Positions 60,272 through 64,000 of a DNA stretch of 64,000 bases are shown piece after piece (position 1 is the stretch's first letter; each line of letters starts with the position of its first letter). The notes below the pieces were generated by a model, which did not search any database, was not told the DNA's origin, and saw nothing but the letters and a program-made list of their open reading frames with translations. Source of the DNA: Callorhinchus milii (taxonomy: Eukaryota); the NCBI RefSeq assembly GCF_018977255.1, contig NW_024704746.1:4278001-4342000 (forward strand). The letters run 5' to 3'. A program made the translations under genes and the position numbers.

Positions 60272-62583
60272 AAGTATATTTCCTAAATTACACAAGTCTT
60301 TTGATAAAAACAGTTCAATGTAGAGTCATCATAGTTGTACAGGTTTCAAATTGCTTTGGTGATAAAGTCTCAAACATTTCTTAAGATATTAAAAATAGTC
60401 ATGAATTTGTGGAATGATTTATAAATCTAGTGTAACAACTGATGCAGCTCAACCCTCAAATTGCATTTCAGACTTTAGCTGCTTTAAACTATTGCAATCT
60501 GACAACCATATTTTAACAAAACACATCACTTCTCTCCTGAAATGCCCAATTAAATCTTATGTAGAAGCAAAGGCTTGGTACAGTACAAAGAACTCCTTTA
60601 ATTTAATGTTAACTTGTTCCCAGAAGCAGTGTATAATGCAGCCAACATAACATCTATCCCATTCAAAGTACATCCTAGTATTCCCCAGCAACAACACAAA
60701 TAGGTTTGTTTTGATACATACATTTAATGAAGTTTTATCGGACAGTCTGTATGGCCAACCTGGACTGTGTACACAAGGTAATTACACATTAGCATGTGTC
60801 TACCATATAACGGTTGGTCACTTACAGTGTTTGTGTGGAACTGTGCTGGGTACATACCTAGAAAGACTCTTAAGTCATTTATGAAAAGCCAGACAAGTTA
60901 CAAAGTGCCATTATTTCATGGTCCGAGATGGACAGAGTCTGATAACTGTTGTGTGTAAACATTTCAATTCTACAAAGTCTACCTGTAAACATTCAGTTTG
61001 GACAATGCATTTTGGCAATATTGTAAAATACTTCATTATTCCCAACTCAATCCCACAGCATCTGAATTAGGTTCATCTGTGGAGAAATACCAATCATTCA
61101 ACCTCTTCATTATGAAACAAACCGTTTTCTAGTTGCTAAAACACAGCCAAATAGCCTTTGGTTTCCTCTGCCATTCCAGTCAATTCAGAAAAGCAACGGG
61201 TGGAATCGTGCTTCACATCCAAGAGTGATGCACATTTAAATCTGCAGACAATTGTTCTCAACCCATCCCTACAGCGATCGTTTAATCTACCCATTATCCA
61301 ATAGCCCAACCAGTTGGTTTCAAAGCTTAGTCTTCCAACAAAATGAAGGTTTCAGCAGCCTCATTAATGCCAATGTCTGCAAGTAAAGATTTCTTGGGTT
61401 ATTTTTATTAAGTTAACTGTTCTGTCCACAATACCTACATACAATGCAGTCTGCCTTTTAACAAGACCACACTAAACCATTCTCACAAAAGGCTCACTCA
61501 CTCTTGCCATCAATCTAATGTAGCAATTATTGCTGGCTAAGCAAATTAAAAAAAACATTTGTACTCAAAATCAAACTTAAATCTTCACTGAATGTCAACA
61601 TACAGAGATACTACACAATCAAACAGCCAGTGGCAAAGTGATAACCTGAACTAGCGCTAGAAAATAAATTGCTGTAAACATGTAGAATGAAGAATATTTG
61701 TTTTCTGATGAGATCCACACAGTTCTCCTGGCTCAGACATAAAGTGTTCTCATTCCTTAAAGCAGAGACCATGTAAATAATCCCTCCATTTGGTTTATTT
61801 ATAATCCCAGCAAGAGACCGGGCACAAACCCTGAAGCTAAATGTTCACTCACAATGTTTATGTTACTGGATCTCATCATTGCTCTGTTAGAAATCGTTCC
61901 TGTTGGCAAATTCAGAAAGGTTGTTGTGCAAATTTGCAATAATACTCCTGCTAACCCAGCAATGGGTAACATGGTACAGGTCTGACCTCTATCTTTCCAC
62001 CTCCCTAGCTGAGCTCTTTTCTCCGTAAAAAGCTGCTAAAATCTATCAGACCCACGCTGACCACTGCTAGCCAATGTAATTGAAGGTTAATGATTATAAA
62101 ATCTTGTCCCAAAGTCAAGTATCAGCTTCCTCTCTCAATATTATTTCTGGTCCACAGCAAAAGGCACTTTGGAAACTGAATATGGTTTATTTCATTCAAC
62201 CTGCATTGAGTAAAGCTAACATATTAGACAGATAATTACAAAATAAAATGGTAAAAACAGGCCAATATTTTGGATTTCAGGAATGTGTAATTTAAGTACC
62301 TTTGTTAAAGACAAAGATTAGAACACCACTATATACAAGTCACATCATGGATGTCATTATAACTACTTTATAAAAAGACAAAACTCAAACAAAGATGTTC
62401 TAGGTCCAGACATAAAGGGGCTTCCAGATCCTTCAATCACTGGCAGAGGACCTCTTGGTGGGACCTTGTAGATACACCTGGGCTTGCTGTATAGTGGTGG
62501 TGTTTAAATCCAATGGCCAACGACAGGTACAATTATACCCTGATTCCAGCACCAGGGAAATTGGATCACAAGGTCAGGTGTGT

Positions 62584-63189
62584 CTACATAGCTGCAAAGT
62601 CAATCTGGACATAAAGCTGCCTGACTCCTGCCTGCAAATAGGTAACAAAGATAACTTGTTAACCATTCCATTCTGCAGCACCTCAAATAAACAGTTTTCA
62701 TAAAAGGCCGTGTATTTGGCCTGATCAGAAAAATAAACTATTAGAAAACTATCACACTATCACCCCAATCTTCAATCTTACATACAAGAGGACTGTCCCA
62801 GTGGAACATAGTCCTGAGAGGAATAGAGAACCGACCCAGTGGAACATGGGCGTGCGAGGAATTACCTGAGTGAAAACGTTGTGCGTCTGGCTCAAAATCC
62901 ACCGTGCATCTGCATCAGGAGCTACTAAAAGCTTTATTGTGCCAATATATACATCACTGCATAAGGTCCAAAAGTGGGTATCATTCACACTGTACACTCC
63001 TTGCAAATGCTGAACCTGCAGAAACGAAGATATATATAGGTTTCAGTACAGCACCTCTCCTATCAGAGCAGTTGATAACAATGAATCGATGTACCTACCC
63101 GCTGGTAGCACTGGGGCAGAATAGAGTCCAGGGAGGGTGGCGTGCGTTGCATTAGAATCCCAATGGATTGCTTTAAGAGTGGGATAACG
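62584..63189 (-). CDS. SLC30A7: Zinc transporter ZnT7, last three coding exons (gene continues beyond the window)
   Basis: Exons 63189-63099 (VIPLLKQSIGILMQRTPP...PQCYQR), 63015-62866 (VQHLQGVY...HFWTLCSDVYIGT.KL.VAPDADARWILSQTHNVFTQ) and 62631-62584 (AGVRQLYVQIDFAAM*), matching the ZnT7 C-terminus. Confidence 0.96.
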
Positions 63190-64000
63190 CTGTTAGAGAA
63201 AAAGGTCACAATCTCAAGTCACTTGTACAATAGTGCTAAATTCTACCAAACAGTTTGTGTTTCCATGCCTAATGATTTATGCACATAGTAAGGTATTGAT
63301 AGCACAACACACCTGAGGGTGAAGGTAATACAGTATAATCAAAAGGCCAAGTCGATCAATAGACAGCTTTTGGATTTAAGCAGCATAAAAGACTACAAGC
63401 CAGGACCTGAGCCCATTTGGTGCCCAATTTCTAGCCCTCATTGACTGGAGATGATTGGGTATTGTCCAGGAGCACACAGTTTGTGATTCGGTAGAAATTC
63501 AGGTGTGAAGAGCAGAGCACAACTGTATGTTCCTCTTCCAATTCATGTGGCTTGAATCCATGTTGGGAGTTTGTACACTGGTTCCCACAGGTACCAACTC
63601 AACAGACTTAAATTACACAGTGAAAACTGGAAATTTACATAATCCTAGGAGACATTAGCTGATTGGTGGCATTGTGTAGTTCAGGTGAACTCGATTAGGA
63701 TCTCATCATTCAAATAATACTAATAATAATTCACATACCACATTTTTATTTTAAGATTTATGCAGGTATGTGAGATTTTAAGATTAAAGCCCCTTTTCTC
63801 CCTAAACATTCTCGTTTCCTAAACCACTCAGCAATACACTGTGCAAAACAAGATAAACCTTAGTCAATTGGAACACAGGAAAACAGCAGCAGGAGGAGGC
63901 CATTCAGTCCATTGTGCATTGTGCCTGTTGTACCAGTTTATTAGACCTTGACAGATATTTTAAAAATCTAATGCCAGCACTTCCCATCATGCAGAGTTTT

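Overview
Vertebrate genomic DNA, most likely a cartilaginous fish (a holocephalan is plausible; inferred only from the repeat families: tRNA-Ala-head SINEs with L2 tails, Deu-domain SINEs, CR1/L2 LINEs). Hand-assembled spliced genes, left to right: ACOT11 (+, 15 coding exons, 579 aa), FAM151A (-, truncated to about 341 aa with a single menorin domain), S1PR1 (-, single coding exon, 363 aa), an intron-retaining aldo-keto reductase pseudogene (-), DPH5 (+, 7 exons, 289 aa) and the last three exons of SLC30A7/ZnT7 (-). A probable non-coding first exon of an unidentified minus-strand gene lies at the left edge. The left ~23 kb looks GC-rich, compact and minisatellite-rich; the rest looks more AT-rich and TE-laden. 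There are two assembly gaps. The most notable observations are a promoter minisatellite of repeated TALE/GC-box/CCAAT composite motifs, a ~535 bp (GAGCT/GGGCT)n tract resembling an Ig switch region, loss of the second FAM151A domain, the AKR pseudogene, a solo LTR nested in a SINE, and an unclassified poly(A)-tailed repeat with a duplicated terminal hairpin. I found no evidence for a wholly new multi-gene system. All homology calls come from recognising sequence, not from database searches.
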